Below, piece by piece: positions 1 through 9,751 of a stretch of 64,000 nt of DNA (positions are counted from its first letter, which is position 1; every line of letters starts with the position of its first letter). A model generated the notes under the pieces. The model was not told the origin of the DNA. It worked only from the letters and a program-made list of their open reading frames with translations, and made no database searches. Origin of the DNA: a bacterium (GTDB lineage: Bacteria > Bacillota > Clostridia > Lachnospirales > Lachnospiraceae); contig JAQYCU010000066.1 in the NCBI GenBank assembly GCA_028724545.1, forward strand, positions 417 to 64,416. The letters run 5' to 3'. Position numbers and translations under genes: made by a program.

Positions 1-180
1 AATGAAAAAGCAGAGATTTTTATAAGAGTAAATAAAAATCAGGTTTTCTGCCGGATGAAAATAATGAGATGAGAAAGTCTGGCAGAAAAAACTGGTAAAA
101 ATGCAAAAAAGAAAAACATAAAAGAATGACGGAATACTATGATGAGGTCATAATTATAAAAAGTAGAAAAATGCAAAAAG

Positions 181-257
181 AAAACGAGGCTGATAGGTAT
201 CCTTTGCCGGACAAACTGGTAAGATGGATAGTTATCATTACCTCGTTTTATTTTTTT
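181..257 (+). terminator. Terminator-like long hairpin plus T-run
   Basis: Arms aaaacgagg (181-189) and cctcgtttt (241-249) enclose an internally paired ~50 nt segment and are followed by tattttttt. It would end a + strand transcript entering from the left edge. Confidence 0.4.
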
Positions 258-498
258 GAAAATAGAAAAGAAAGGAAGAACTGGAAAGCAGGGCAGAAAA
301 AAAGGCAGAAAAAAGAGCAAAAGCAAGGTGATTTTAACAAATCTTAAACTTTTTTTAATATGTTTCCACATTGAAATTTAATACCTGATTCTCTACAATA
401 GACATTGTAAACAATCAAGCCACAGTTAAACGCAGGATTGTGGAATGATTGCATTATTTGAATTCATGAAGGAAAATAATCTGGTTGGAGGAGTAAAA

Positions 499-1191
499 AT
501 GTATCATATTCTGGTATGTGATGATGAAAAAGACATAGTATCTGCACTGGAAATTTATCTGAAAGCAGATGGGTATAAGGTATTTAAGGCATATAATGGA
601 ATAGAAGCGTTGGAGATAATCAGGCAGGAAGAAATTCATTTGGTGTTAATGGATATTATGATGCCGGAAATGGATGGAATCCAGGCAATGACAAAACTTC
701 GCGAATCCAGCAATGTTCCGGTTATTTTGTTGACTGCCAAAAGTGAAGATACGGATAAAGTGCTGGGACTGACGGTAGGAGCAGATGATTATATTACGAA
801 GCCATTCAACCCGGTGGAACTTCAGGCGAGAGTGAAATCGCAACTGCGCCGGTATATGCAGTTGGGAAGTGGAAAAAAGCAGCAGGATGTTTATAGCATA
901 GGTGGTATTTCTATGAACGACAAATACAAAGAAGTTACGTTAGATGGAGAGGAAGTAAAGTTAACGAAAATAGAGTATAACATCCTGAAGTTTTTTATGC
1001 AGCATCCGGGAGAGTCTTTTTCACCAAAAGAGATTTATCAAAAAGTCTGGCATGACGAATCATATGGAACAGAAAATACGGTTGCTGTACATATTCGCCA
1101 TCTCAGGGAAAAACTGGAATATGACCCTGCGAATCCAAGATATTTAAAAGCAGTCTGGGGAAGAGGATATAAGTTGGAGGATAAAAAATGA
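499..1191 (+). CDS. OmpR/PhoB-family response regulator
   Basis: ORF 445..1191. Start moved to ATG 499 (MYHILVCDDE), which lies behind a GGAGGAG Shine-Dalgarno sequence (SD). Receiver motifs are present (DD, LMDIMMPEMDG, TKPF), with a winged-helix C-terminus (GRGYKL). Confidence 0.9.
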   Translation: MYHILVCDDEKDIVSALEIYLKADGYKVFKAYNGIEALEIIRQEEIHLVLMDIMMPEMDGIQAMTKLRESSNVPVILLTAKSEDTDKVLGLTVGADDYITKPFNPVELQARVKSQLRRYMQLGSGKKQQDVYSIGGISMNDKYKEVTLDGEEVKLTKIEYNILKFFMQHPGESFSPKEIYQKVWHDESYGTENTVAVHIRHLREKLEYDPANPRYLKAVWGRGYKLEDKK

Positions 1192-3293
1192 GAAATTTGC
1201 TATATTCAAAAAAAGCAAGATATCTGGCAGTTTGTCTGTCGGTGTTATGTGCCGTTCTTAGTGTGTTAAGTGCTTTTTTACTGTATCTTACGGTTTCACT
1301 CAATATATATGACAAGCCGTGGTCGGAAGTGGAAAGCGATTGTTATAAAAGAGTGCAGTCGATTTATTCTATGAAAATATTTGAGCAGATGCAGGAATAT
1401 GATAATGCAGCCTGCTTAAATGGAACAAATCTGGAATACGGTATTCTGGATGTAACAAAATATCAGCAGCCGGACGCATCTAAGGAAGAACAGTCCGATG
1501 CACAGGAAAATCAGCAGCCGGACGTATCTGAAGAAGAACAGTCCGAAGAGGCGAGCGCACAGACGGATAAAGAAATTGCCCGGAAAATTGATTTTCAGAA
1601 TAAAGATAATTATATTTATGAAAACTTTGAAACGGATATGCCGGATGAAAATACATACAAATGCACATTCACTGATAATACAGAGGTAGTATATAGTGAG
1701 CAGGGTTTAAAAAGCCTGCTGGATGGTGGATATACTTATGAATGTGCAGAGGACGGGGATGAAGAGGCGAGGACATATTGGATTGTTTCCCGTGTAAAAG
1801 AGCCTTTGGATGCAACGGTAAATGATTTGTTTACACAGCAGATGAAATGGCTTTCTTTTTTATACCACGCCCGGTATATACTGATAGTGGTTTGTCTGGT
1901 TTCGGGAGTCATATGTTTGGGAGCGATTGCTTTTTCTGTTGCAAATATTACGAAGCAGGCAAAGAGGGAACGGTTGAAAGAAGATAGAGAAGTGTGGTAT
2001 CAGATGCCACTTGCTGTTTATCTGGCAATTATGGGAGGACTTTTTTACTTTACCTGTCTGTTAGGATATGAAGGAATGGAATATTTGCAGGACTGCGCGT
2101 TTGGCAGAGGACTTTTTGCCATGCTCGGCGTAGTTTGTGCTTTGGCAGCAGGGGGATGGCTGCTTGAGATGACATTTTTGAATCTGCTTTATCGTTTTTC
2201 TGCAAAGATTTTATGGAAAAATACGGTAACATATCATCTGGCAGATATGGTGAAAAAAATAGTAAAAATTTTTCGTCAGAATACAACGCTTGTGTTGAGG
2301 GGCGCAGTTGTTTTGGCACTTATTTCGCTGGCAGAATTGTTTGTGATAGTAATAACGGATTGCCGGTTGGATTTGGAAATTTTCTGTTTCTTTCTGTATA
2401 AAATACCGGAAACCGTTGTTATTCTACTGGTTTTACTGCAAATGAAAAAATTGCAGGACAGCAGCAGGCAGATGGCACAGGGAGATTTGGAAACAAAAAT
2501 AGATACGAAAAATATGTTTTGGGAGTTTAAAACGCATGCAGAATACCTGAACCAGATTCGTGATGGTATGACAATAGCCGTGCAGGAAAAAATGAAAAGT
2601 GAACGTTTCAAAACAGAGTTAATTACAAATGTTTCGCACGATATCAAAACACCACTTACTTCTATTATCAATTATATTGATTTGATGAAAAGAGAGGAAA
2701 TCGATAATGCTACGGTGCGTGAGTATCTGGAGGTTGCTGAGCGTCATTCGATAAAATTAAAGAAACTTACAGAGGACTTGGTAGAGGCATCGAAAGCGTC
2801 TACGGGAAATTTAAAGGTAAACTGGGAAGAGTGCGATGTAGATATTTTGCTGACGCAGACACTGGGTGAGTTTGAAGAAAAGCTAAACGAGGCTGATTTG
2901 GAATTGATTATCGCAAAGCAGCAGGAAACAGGTTATATTATGGCAGATAACCGGCACCTGTGGCGCATATTTGATAACTTAATGAGCAATATCTGCAAAT
3001 ATGCGCAGCCGGGAACGCGCGTGTATATCAATCAGGAAACGACGCAGGATATGGTAAATATTGTATTTCGCAATACGTCGAAATATCCACTTAACATTAC
3101 AAGCGAGGAACTGATGGAACGTTTTGTCAGGGGAGATGCTTCGCGTAATACAGAGGGGAGTGGTTTGGGGCTTTCCATTGCACGGAATCTGGCAGAAATG
3201 ATGAATGGAACACTGGAATTATATGTTGATGGCGATTTATTTAAAGTCGTTTTGAAATTTCCAAGAAAATTGTCCAATTTCCAAAAGGGATAG
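1188..3293 (+). CDS. Sensor histidine kinase with two TM segments around an acidic extracytoplasmic domain
   Basis: ATGA overlap with the regulator gene. H-box ITNVSHDIKTPLTSI, N-box FDNLMSNICKYA, G-box GSGLGLSIARN. An internal 48-bp duplication encodes QQPD(A/V)S(K/E)EEQS. Confidence 0.9.
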   Translation: MRNLLYSKKARYLAVCLSVLCAVLSVLSAFLLYLTVSLNIYDKPWSEVESDCYKRVQSIYSMKIFEQMQEYDNAACLNGTNLEYGILDVTKYQQPDASKEEQSDAQENQQPDVSEEEQSEEASAQTDKEIARKIDFQNKDNYIYENFETDMPDENTYKCTFTDNTEVVYSEQGLKSLLDGGYTYECAEDGDEEARTYWIVSRVKEPLDATVNDLFTQQMKWLSFLYHARYILIVVCLVSGVICLGAIAFSVANITKQAKRERLKEDREVWYQMPLAVYLAIMGGLFYFTCLLGYEGMEYLQDCAFGRGLFAMLGVVCALAAGGWLLEMTFLNLLYRFSAKILWKNTVTYHLADMVKKIVKIFRQNTTLVLRGAVVLALISLAELFVIVITDCRLDLEIFCFFLYKIPETVVILLVLLQMKKLQDSSRQMAQGDLETKIDTKNMFWEFKTHAEYLNQIRDGMTIAVQEKMKSERFKTELITNVSHDIKTPLTSIINYIDLMKREEIDNATVREYLEVAERHSIKLKKLTEDLVEASKASTGNLKVNWEECDVDILLTQTLGEFEEKLNEADLELIIAKQQETGYIMADNRHLWRIFDNLMSNICKYAQPGTRVYINQETTQDMVNIVFRNTSKYPLNITSEELMERFVRGDASRNTEGSGLGLSIARNLAEMMNGTLELYVDGDLFKVVLKFPRKLSNFQKG

Positions 3294-3357
3294 AAAAAAT
3301 AATACTTTTTTGATATAATTGCACTAGAGTGTTATTACATCAAGGAGGTTGGACGAA

Positions 3358-3660
3358 ATGGTAAAACACATTATTTTATGGCAGCTTAAAGATGAATTGT
3401 CTTATGCAGACAGGAAAGATATTAAAAAAGGAATTAAAGAGGGATTAGAAAGTCTTTCCGGAAAAATCCCCGGTTTGGTTGAAATACAGGTAAATATTGA
3501 GCCGTTAAATTCATCAAACGCAGATTTGATGCTGGATTCCACCTTTGAAAATGTGGAGGCGTTAAAGAACTATGCAACACATCCGGAGCATGTGAAGGTT
3601 GCAGATAATAAGGTAAGACCTTTTACAAAGACACGAACATGTCTGGATTATGAAATATAG
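3358..3660 (+). CDS. Dabb-family (stress-responsive A/B-barrel) protein
   Basis: ORF 3349..3660. ATG 3358 lies 9 nt after AAGGAGG. About 100 aa with MVKHIILWQLKD ... HPEHVKVA, typical of Dabb domains. Confidence 0.75.
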   Translation: MVKHIILWQLKDELSYADRKDIKKGIKEGLESLSGKIPGLVEIQVNIEPLNSSNADLMLDSTFENVEALKNYATHPEHVKVADNKVRPFTKTRTCLDYEI

Positions 3661-3697
3661 TTAAGAGAAAAGATTAAGAAAAAAGATTAAGAAAAAG

Positions 3698-3777
3698 AAA
3701 GTGCTAATGAGATATTATGAGAGTAAGACCAAAAAGTTGTCTCCCATCAGATGACGGATATCTTGTTAGCACTTTTT
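3698..3777. terminator. Bidirectional terminator-like hairpin between convergent genes
   Basis: Arms aaagtgctaa (3698-3707) and ttagcacttt (3766-3775), with T-runs on both strands and a long, partly self-paired loop. Confidence 0.45.
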
Positions 3778-3827
3778 GTATGAATGTAGTATTTTATGAA
3801 ACGTTGCATTCCGATTTGTTTTATTTC

Positions 3828-3912
3828 GCATTTGTGCAGATATGTTATATTTTCATTTGCCTATTTTGCATTTGTGCAGATATGTTATATTTTCATTTGC
3901 CTATTTTGCATT
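3828..3912. repeat. Tandem repeat, 40-bp unit, about 2.1 copies
   Basis: gcatttgtgcagatatgttatattttcatttgcctatttt occurs at 3828-3867 and identically at 3868-3907, followed by a partial copy. The array abuts or overlaps the stop codon (3901-3903) of the minus-strand gene. Confidence 0.9.
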
Positions 3913-5181
3913 CGGGTAGATGCGCTGCATCCTTTCATCCGGAAAATGTGCGTCGATTTGCTGTTCCCATTGCTTTTGTGGCTTCTGACCGTGCTCCCTT
4001 GCATCGTAGCGAAGCAGGGCAAAAATGGATACGCTGATATCTGCAAGCATAAAAACAAACAGAAGGATGGTCAGCCATTTACCAAACGTTTTAATGATTT
4101 TTTCGATAAGAGTATGGAACAACGGGTAAAGCAGTTTAAACCAGACAACAGCAGCAATTCCCCAGAAAAAGCAGTAAAGCAGGTTGATTCTGCCACCAAG
4201 ATTAAAAGGAATATGGCTGTAATCCCAAAAAATTTTGCCGAATACAATTTCTGTAAAAACGCTGCAGATATATTCATATGCGCCACCCAGAAAGGTACCC
4301 ATTACAAAAAGATAACTGTCGGATTTGTCTTTGTTCTTATAAAGAAGGGCAGTGACAAGGGCGAGGGCAAGTCCCCAGACAATACTAAACGGACCCCATA
4401 CCAGACTGCTCCGACTCATCCAGATGCCGGTAGTTACTCTGCAAAAAATAGTTTCTACAATATCGCCAAGAAAGGCACCGAGAATAAACAGCCAGATAAA
4501 TTCCTGGATGCTTAGTTTTTCTTCCGTTGTCGTACTTTGCTTTTCAGCCCGGATATCAGGATAGGCTTTTTCAATACGGGTTTGAATGTGTGAAGTAATG
4601 GATTTTTCCAAACCTGTCGTCCAATGGTCTAATTTTTTGTTCCACTGAATTAATTTAGAGGATTTCTTTTCAATGTGCTTTATCGTGAGAATAGAAGCAA
4701 TGGCATCTAAAATGTTGATGCCGACTAAAATCCAGATGCACAATCGCAGTAAGAAAACCGGCAGCAGTTGGAAAACGGCAACCAGCAAATCATTAAGCCA
4801 GTAAATGGCAATACATCCTAAAATTCCCCATAGAATGGAATAGGAAAGGCAGATGTAGCCGTCAATATTCCATTTTTTATCAGAATAATCCCACCAGCGT
4901 TCCTGATTCAGTCGTTCAAAAACTTTGCCTGTAATCCATTCGATGACGGTAGCAACGATGCTTGTTCCAAGAAAGAGGAACAGAGGTGTTTTCTGCAAAT
5001 CCCACAAAAAAATGGTCATAAAGACGCCGGAAAAACCATAGACCAGACAGAAAGGCCCGGAAACAAATCCACGGTTCCGGTAAGTTTTATTTTTTATTGA
5101 GGCAACGCCTGTTTCAATCAGCCAGCCAAAAAAGGAATAGTAGAAGTATAAAGCGAATAATTCTAAAATAGTATAATGCAT
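3901..5181 (-). CDS. Polytopic membrane protein with two tandem CmpB-like ('putative ABC-transporter type IV') modules
   Basis: 426-aa ORF with many TM segments. Internal duplication is visible: YFYYSFFGWLIETG / GPFCLVYGFSGV versus LGAFLGDIVETIF / WGPFSIVWGLA. Confidence 0.65.
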   Translation of the reverse strand: MHYTILELFALYFYYSFFGWLIETGVASIKNKTYRNRGFVSGPFCLVYGFSGVFMTIFLWDLQKTPLFLFLGTSIVATVIEWITGKVFERLNQERWWDYSDKKWNIDGYICLSYSILWGILGCIAIYWLNDLLVAVFQLLPVFLLRLCIWILVGINILDAIASILTIKHIEKKSSKLIQWNKKLDHWTTGLEKSITSHIQTRIEKAYPDIRAEKQSTTTEEKLSIQEFIWLFILGAFLGDIVETIFCRVTTGIWMSRSSLVWGPFSIVWGLALALVTALLYKNKDKSDSYLFVMGTFLGGAYEYICSVFTEIVFGKIFWDYSHIPFNLGGRINLLYCFFWGIAAVVWFKLLYPLFHTLIEKIIKTFGKWLTILLFVFMLADISVSIFALLRYDAREHGQKPQKQWEQQIDAHFPDERMQRIYPNAK

Positions 5182-5308
5182 AATCTATCCTCGGTACTTT
5201 CCTATTGTTATTTGCTTTTCATTGTGAATGAAAGGTTGAAAAATATTGTACCATAATTCCATTTCTTTCACAAACCGGACCATAGAAAGGAAATAGCTGG
5301 CAAATTAG

Positions 5309-5337
5309 TTGACAAATGGAATAGAAAATCATATAAT
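5309..5337 (+). promoter_or_regulatory. Sigma-A-like promoter of the Fur-family gene
   Basis: TTGACA (5309-5314), 17-nt spacer, TATAAT (5332-5337). Confidence 0.6.
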
Positions 5338-5351
5338 GATAACGATTACTA
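5337..5351. promoter_or_regulatory. Putative Fur/PerR-type operator (autoregulation)
   Basis: tgataacgattacta overlaps the -10 element. Its reverse complement TAGTAATCGTTATCA shares the half-site TAGTAAT with the perfect palindrome upstream of the rubrerythrin gene. Confidence 0.35.
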
Positions 5352-5367
5352 ATAAGGAGTGATGCAT

Positions 5368-5784
5368 ATGGCTATTACAAGGCGCAGCAAACAGCGCGAT
5401 GCAATCAAGTCTTATTTGATGTCAACAACGGCGCATCCTACGGCAGAAACGGTTTATGAGAACCTCAGAAAAGATTTTCCGAATATCAGTCTGGGAACGA
5501 TATACAGGAATCTGAATTTTCTGGTAGAACATGGGGAGGCTCTCCGGCTGGATTGTGGGGATGGAATGGAACATTTTGATGGCAATCCAATGCCACATAA
5601 TCATTTCTATTGCCGGGGCTGTCATCGCATCATTGATTTGGAAATGGCACAGATTGACCATATTAATATTATTGCAGGGGCACAGTTTGACGGGTTGATA
5701 GAAGACAATGTGATTTATTTCCGTGGGCTCTGCAAGCATTGCAAGACAAAAGATGTGTATTCCAAAGAAAATGTCTGTAACTAA
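5368..5784 (+). CDS. Fur-family metalloregulator, PerR-like by context
   Basis: ORF 5359..5784. ATG 5368 lies 8 nt after AAGGAG. Winged-helix N-terminus (LGTIYRNL) and two CxxC pairs (CRGC, CKHC). The gene sits next to rubrerythrin. Confidence 0.85.
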   Translation: MAITRRSKQRDAIKSYLMSTTAHPTAETVYENLRKDFPNISLGTIYRNLNFLVEHGEALRLDCGDGMEHFDGNPMPHNHFYCRGCHRIIDLEMAQIDHINIIAGAQFDGLIEDNVIYFRGLCKHCKTKDVYSKENVCN

Positions 5785-5855
5785 TGCCTGCAACTAAAAG
5801 TTTTTAAAGCAGAATGAGAGAATTTTCAGAAAATAAAAAATTTTAAAAATATTAG

Positions 5856-5883
5856 TTGACAAGCAAATAAAAAGTGCTATAAT
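5856..5883 (+). promoter_or_regulatory. Sigma-A-like promoter of the rubrerythrin gene
   Basis: TTGACA (5856-5861), 16-nt spacer, TGcTATAAT extended -10 (5875-5883). Confidence 0.6.
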
Positions 5884-5896
5884 AAGACTTGTAAAT

Positions 5897-5913
5897 AGTA
5901 ATTATTACTATTA
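5897..5913. promoter_or_regulatory. Perfect 8-1-8 palindrome, putative PerR box
   Basis: ATAGTAAT-T-ATTACTAT lies just downstream of the -10 element. It is AT-rich and 7-1-7-like, as in Fur/PerR boxes. Confidence 0.55.
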
Positions 5914-5971
5914 AGGAAATGAGTTGACAAAAAGTTTATGAAATTTATTTGAAGAAAAGGAGATTAAGATT

Positions 5972-6514
5972 ATGGCAAAATTTGTATGTACAGTATGTGG
6001 TTATGTTTATGAAGGAGATGCAGCACCTGAGAAATGTCCTCAGTGTGGAGTTCCAGCAGAGAAGTTCAAAAAACAGGAAGGCGAAATGACTTGGGCTGCT
6101 GAGCACGTACTTGGCGTTGCACAGGGAGTTGATGAGGAAATCGTTCAGGGACTTCGTGATAACTTCAACGGAGAGTGTTCTGAAGTTGGTATGTATCTTG
6201 CAATGGCAAGAGTTGCACATCGTGAAGGTTATCCTGAAATCGGTCTTTACTGGGAGAAGGCTGCTTACGAAGAGGCTGAGCATGCAGCAAAATTTGCTGA
6301 GTTACTTGGCGAAGTAGTTACGAACAGCACAAAGAAGAATCTGGAAATGCGTGTAGAGGCAGAATGTGGTGCTACAGAAGGTAAGTTTGAACTTGCTAAG
6401 AAAGCAAAGGCATTAAATCTTGACGCAATCCACGATACCGTTCATGAGATGGCTCGTGATGAGGCAAGACATGGTAAAGCATTCCAGGGATTACTGGAGA
6501 GATACTTCGGTTAA
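5972..6514 (+). CDS. rbr: Reverse rubrerythrin (N-terminal rubredoxin-like domain, C-terminal diiron ferritin-like domain)
   Basis: CTVCG...CPQCG at the N-terminus, then ExxH diiron motifs ([18 protein letters not shown]). SD AAGGAG is upstream. Confidence 0.9.
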   Translation: MAKFVCTVCGYVYEGDAAPEKCPQCGVPAEKFKKQEGEMTWAAEHVLGVAQGVDEEIVQGLRDNFNGECSEVGMYLAMARVAHREGYPEIGLYWEKAAYEEAEHAAKFAELLGEVVTNSTKKNLEMRVEAECGATEGKFELAKKAKALNLDAIHDTVHEMARDEARHGKAFQGLLERYFG

Positions 6515-6540
6515 GATAGAAACGAGATAATAAATAAAAT

Positions 6541-6637
6541 AACGTCCGTACAGGGAAAGTGATATACCGGCTGACAGATATTGCGTCTGGTTTTGAAGGT
6601 ATTTCAAAGGTTACTTGTAGGGGCGTTATTTTTTTGT
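6541..6637 (+). terminator. Complex intrinsic terminator or structured 3' element
   Basis: Outer stem aacgtccgtacag / cttgtaggggcgtt (one mismatch, two G-U pairs) encloses ~60 nt with an inner hairpin tttgaa-ggtat-ttcaaa. T7 run follows. Confidence 0.5.
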
Positions 6638-6832
6638 AAAAATGTAACTACAGCATTTATGCATCCATTGTGCTGCTTATATTGACAATATCAGATAGAA
6701 AGGATAGTATAAAAAAGATTAGAAACTATGATGAAAAAGCATAGAATTTGCCCGGTGGCTCGCGTGCCGGCAGATTTTTTTCGTCAATAAATATTGGGAT
6801 TATTTATAGGAAGAAATAGAAGAGGAAAAATT

Positions 6833-9667
6833 ATGGAAAATCAAAACAAAAAAAATAAAAAGATTTACTTGTGGTATACGCTGCTGTTTACAGGAATTAG
6901 TGTCCTGTTTTTTGGACAGTTATGGCTGTTTGATAAAACATTAATCTGGAATATTGATGGTTATTTACAGTGGTACAGTTTGTTTGGAAAGTTTCAAAAC
7001 ACCTTTCAGGGGCTTTTTTCAGGACAGGGCTTTCCTTTTTGGGACTGGAGCATTGGTCTGGGGGCAGATTACTTTGCCAATTTCGCTTTTCTGCTTTTTG
7101 ACCCTTTCAGCTATCTGGCGTTGTTTTTCTCCAAAGAAAATCTGGATATTGCCTACACCATCATTGTGATTTTAAAACTGTTCGCAGCAGGTATGGCTAT
7201 GCTGTGCTTTTTGCGATACCACAAAAAACCATCTGCCTTATGTCTGGCAGGTGCTATTGGCTATGCATTCTGTGCGTGGGGTATGGTTTGTACCCGGCAT
7301 GACTTTTTCCTTACACAATTAATTATTTTTCCTTTGCTAATTTTAGGCGTGGACAAGGTAGAAGACAAACGTTCTCCATTGCTGCTGATATTCAGCGTGT
7401 GGTGGTCTATCTTGCAGAGTATTTATTTTTCCTATATGACTGCTCTGTTTGCAGTTATTTATATCGTAGTCCGTTTCTTTACCGGGGAAGGAAAAAAGAC
7501 CGTAGCAGGCTTTTTTATAAAGATAGTAAAATACGTGGGATATGTATTGGTAGGAGGCATACTGCTGACGGCACCGGTGCTGGTACCGGCGTTATTTTCC
7601 CTGATACAGACCAGCAAAGGCTCTGGCGTGGGTACAGCAATTTTACCTACTGTAAAACAACTGCTTCGCTTTGTGCCGTCATTTGTGAGCCAGCAGGATA
7701 TTTATGATAATTATTCCATCATTGGGATGAACTTTTTGTTTGTCAGTATGATTCCTGCTATCGCATGGCAGTTAAAACGCCGGAAATCTTCTGCGTGGAT
7801 GTTTTGGATTTGTATGGCCTTCCTGCTGCTTCCGGCATTGCAATGCGTGACCAATGGCTTTAGTTATGCTTCCGGTCGTTGGAGTTATGTAATGAATTTC
7901 TTCTTTGTCTATGCAGCTGTGGAATGTCTGGAATGGAAACGGGTATGGGAAAAATCCTATGTTCGGTGGATATTACTTACTATGGGGATTCTTATAGTGA
8001 CCGGCATTGTGGCAGTCATGGGATTTGATGCTATGGGTTCTGCTACATTTTGTATGGTGCTGTTAAGTGTAGTATTTGGTGCTGTAATCTGCTATCTGAT
8101 AGAAGAACCATTTGCTGCTGCAAGACAGGGCAAGTGCTTGGTGGCTGTGGTGGCTCTTAACTGTGCCTTACTGGGAATGGTATATTATAATCCACATATT
8201 AATGGCATAATAGACACACTGATGACACAGGGAAAATGCTATGAGATTTATCAGAATAATAGTATGCGTGTCGTGTCCGAGATAGAGGATGAGGAATTTT
8301 ACCGTGTAGATACGGTGGATTATCCGACAAATAGCAATAGTCAGTCGCAGTATGCTCACACACCGGCAAATACATCCTTATACTGGAATACGCCCGGTAT
8401 ATCCGAGTATTTGTCTACCGTAGATGGAAACTGGATTAAATGGAATCAGTTGCTGGGAAATAGCAATGGCTGTTTTCGCCGTATGTGTACTTATTCTAAT
8501 GACAACCGTTGCCGAATGGACTTTTTATTAGGCGTGAAATATTTTCTTGGCTCTGATAAGAAAACAGAAGCCAAGAGCAAAAATTCTGATTATGCTGGAT
8601 ATGGATTTTCAGAGAGTGATAAGATAAAAAAAGTGTCTGTATTGCAGTCGGCAAAAAATAGCAGTCTTGGGTATGTGTATGACAGTGCGATGTCAGATAC
8701 AGAGTGGAAGAAATATTCTGCGCTGGAACGGGAACAGATACTGATGCAGACTGCCGTTGTAGAAGATGACCAGCTGGAGCAGTTAACTAATACGGATAAA
8801 ATGTCGGAAACGGCTCTTGCTTTTGAGGATAGTCAAAATGTGCCTTTTACAGTAGAAACAGGAGAGGGAATCCGGTGGAAAAGTTCACAGGCATTTTCTG
8901 TGAAAAAAGAAGATACCGTGAAATTGAAATTACAACGGAATGTGAAAAATTGTGAGATTTATGTTCTTTTTCGCAATCTGAAAAAGAAGTCGTTTAGCCA
9001 GAAAACAAAATGGAAGATATCCCATGGTGGGGATATGCAGGCAGATGAATTGATGTGGAAACGGTATCAATTGTCGCAGTTATCCCAAAAGGAGTATGAA
9101 AACTTTTCTGTTTATATATCCAGAGATGAGGTTACAAAACGTATTCTGAATGCAGAGGGCGAACCTCAGGGGGTTTCGGATAACGAAGATTATATGGTAA
9201 ATATCGGTTATGCAGACCAGTATGAGGGAGAAATCTCCTGCCATTTTGACACGCCGGGAAAATATACCTGTGATGATATTCAGGTCATTGCCGTGCCGGT
9301 CAAGCAGTTTGACCAGCAGGCGAAAGTGTTAGAAGACAACCGTCTGACCGTAACAAAGAAGTCCCAGAATCAGATAGAGGGAACGGTAGATACAGAAAAA
9401 GGCGGACTGCTTTATTTAAACATTCTGTATAATAAGGGATGGAAGATTTTTGTGGACGGAAAAGAAGCAAAACAGGTATACAACGTAAATACAGCATTTA
9501 TGGGGGTAGAAGTGCCGGAAGGCAGTCATACGATAAGACTGGAGTATCAGCCTCTGGGCAGTCCTTATACATGGATACTGTTTGGTCTGGGAGTGGTTAT
9601 CACAGGCGTTTTGGGAGGAATAGGATACGCAAAGAAAAAGAAACATAAGGGTGATACATTACAATAG
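6833..9667 (+). CDS. YfhO-family polytopic membrane protein (putative glycosyltransferase)
   Basis: ORF 6794..9667, with ATG 6833 preferred. Multi-TM N-terminal two thirds, a large soluble domain and a final TM. Size and N-terminal sequence resemble YfhO proteins. Confidence 0.75.
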   Translation: MENQNKKNKKIYLWYTLLFTGISVLFFGQLWLFDKTLIWNIDGYLQWYSLFGKFQNTFQGLFSGQGFPFWDWSIGLGADYFANFAFLLFDPFSYLALFFSKENLDIAYTIIVILKLFAAGMAMLCFLRYHKKPSALCLAGAIGYAFCAWGMVCTRHDFFLTQLIIFPLLILGVDKVEDKRSPLLLIFSVWWSILQSIYFSYMTALFAVIYIVVRFFTGEGKKTVAGFFIKIVKYVGYVLVGGILLTAPVLVPALFSLIQTSKGSGVGTAILPTVKQLLRFVPSFVSQQDIYDNYSIIGMNFLFVSMIPAIAWQLKRRKSSAWMFWICMAFLLLPALQCVTNGFSYASGRWSYVMNFFFVYAAVECLEWKRVWEKSYVRWILLTMGILIVTGIVAVMGFDAMGSATFCMVLLSVVFGAVICYLIEEPFAAARQGKCLVAVVALNCALLGMVYYNPHINGIIDTLMTQGKCYEIYQNNSMRVVSEIEDEEFYRVDTVDYPTNSNSQSQYAHTPANTSLYWNTPGISEYLSTVDGNWIKWNQLLGNSNGCFRRMCTYSNDNRCRMDFLLGVKYFLGSDKKTEAKSKNSDYAGYGFSESDKIKKVSVLQSAKNSSLGYVYDSAMSDTEWKKYSALEREQILMQTAVVEDDQLEQLTNTDKMSETALAFEDSQNVPFTVETGEGIRWKSSQAFSVKKEDTVKLKLQRNVKNCEIYVLFRNLKKKSFSQKTKWKISHGGDMQADELMWKRYQLSQLSQKEYENFSVYISRDEVTKRILNAEGEPQGVSDNEDYMVNIGYADQYEGEISCHFDTPGKYTCDDIQVIAVPVKQFDQQAKVLEDNRLTVTKKSQNQIEGTVDTEKGGLLYLNILYNKGWKIFVDGKEAKQVYNVNTAFMGVEVPEGSHTIRLEYQPLGSPYTWILFGLGVVITGVLGGIGYAKKKKHKGDTLQ

Positions 9668-9751
9668 GAATGATGATATATTCTGTTGCAAACGGATTGA
9701 AATGAGAAGAAAAGAAAAATTGGTCAGATAAAGCAGAAAGTGTAGGACAAG

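Noticed and set aside
126-347. 73-aa ORF (and the antisense 110-aa ORF at 39..371) at the left edge
   Set aside because: The sequence is Lys/Glu-rich low complexity in an A-rich region. There is no SD, and the ORF spans a terminator-like hairpin. It is most likely non-coding.
3796-4515. 239-aa plus-strand ORF
   Set aside because: It lies entirely antisense to the well-supported membrane-protein gene (3901..5181). It starts inside the 40-bp repeat and has no SD, so it is a shadow ORF.
6728-6790. 20-codon ORF (MMKKHRICPVARVPADFFRQ) plus a hairpin and T-run as a leader-peptide attenuator for the YfhO gene
   Set aside because: The hairpin has only a 4-bp CCGG/CCGG stem. The ORF has no SD, and nothing ties its codons to a regulatory logic.
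9668-9751. Fluoride (crcB-motif) riboswitch upstream of the ClC gene
   Set aside because: I tried to fit GGnGAUG...CCnCC..AAAC..CUGAUGA. A weak GGAAU/AUUCU stem and an AAAC are present, but there is no P3 hairpin and no pseudoknot partner. It is not convincing by eye.
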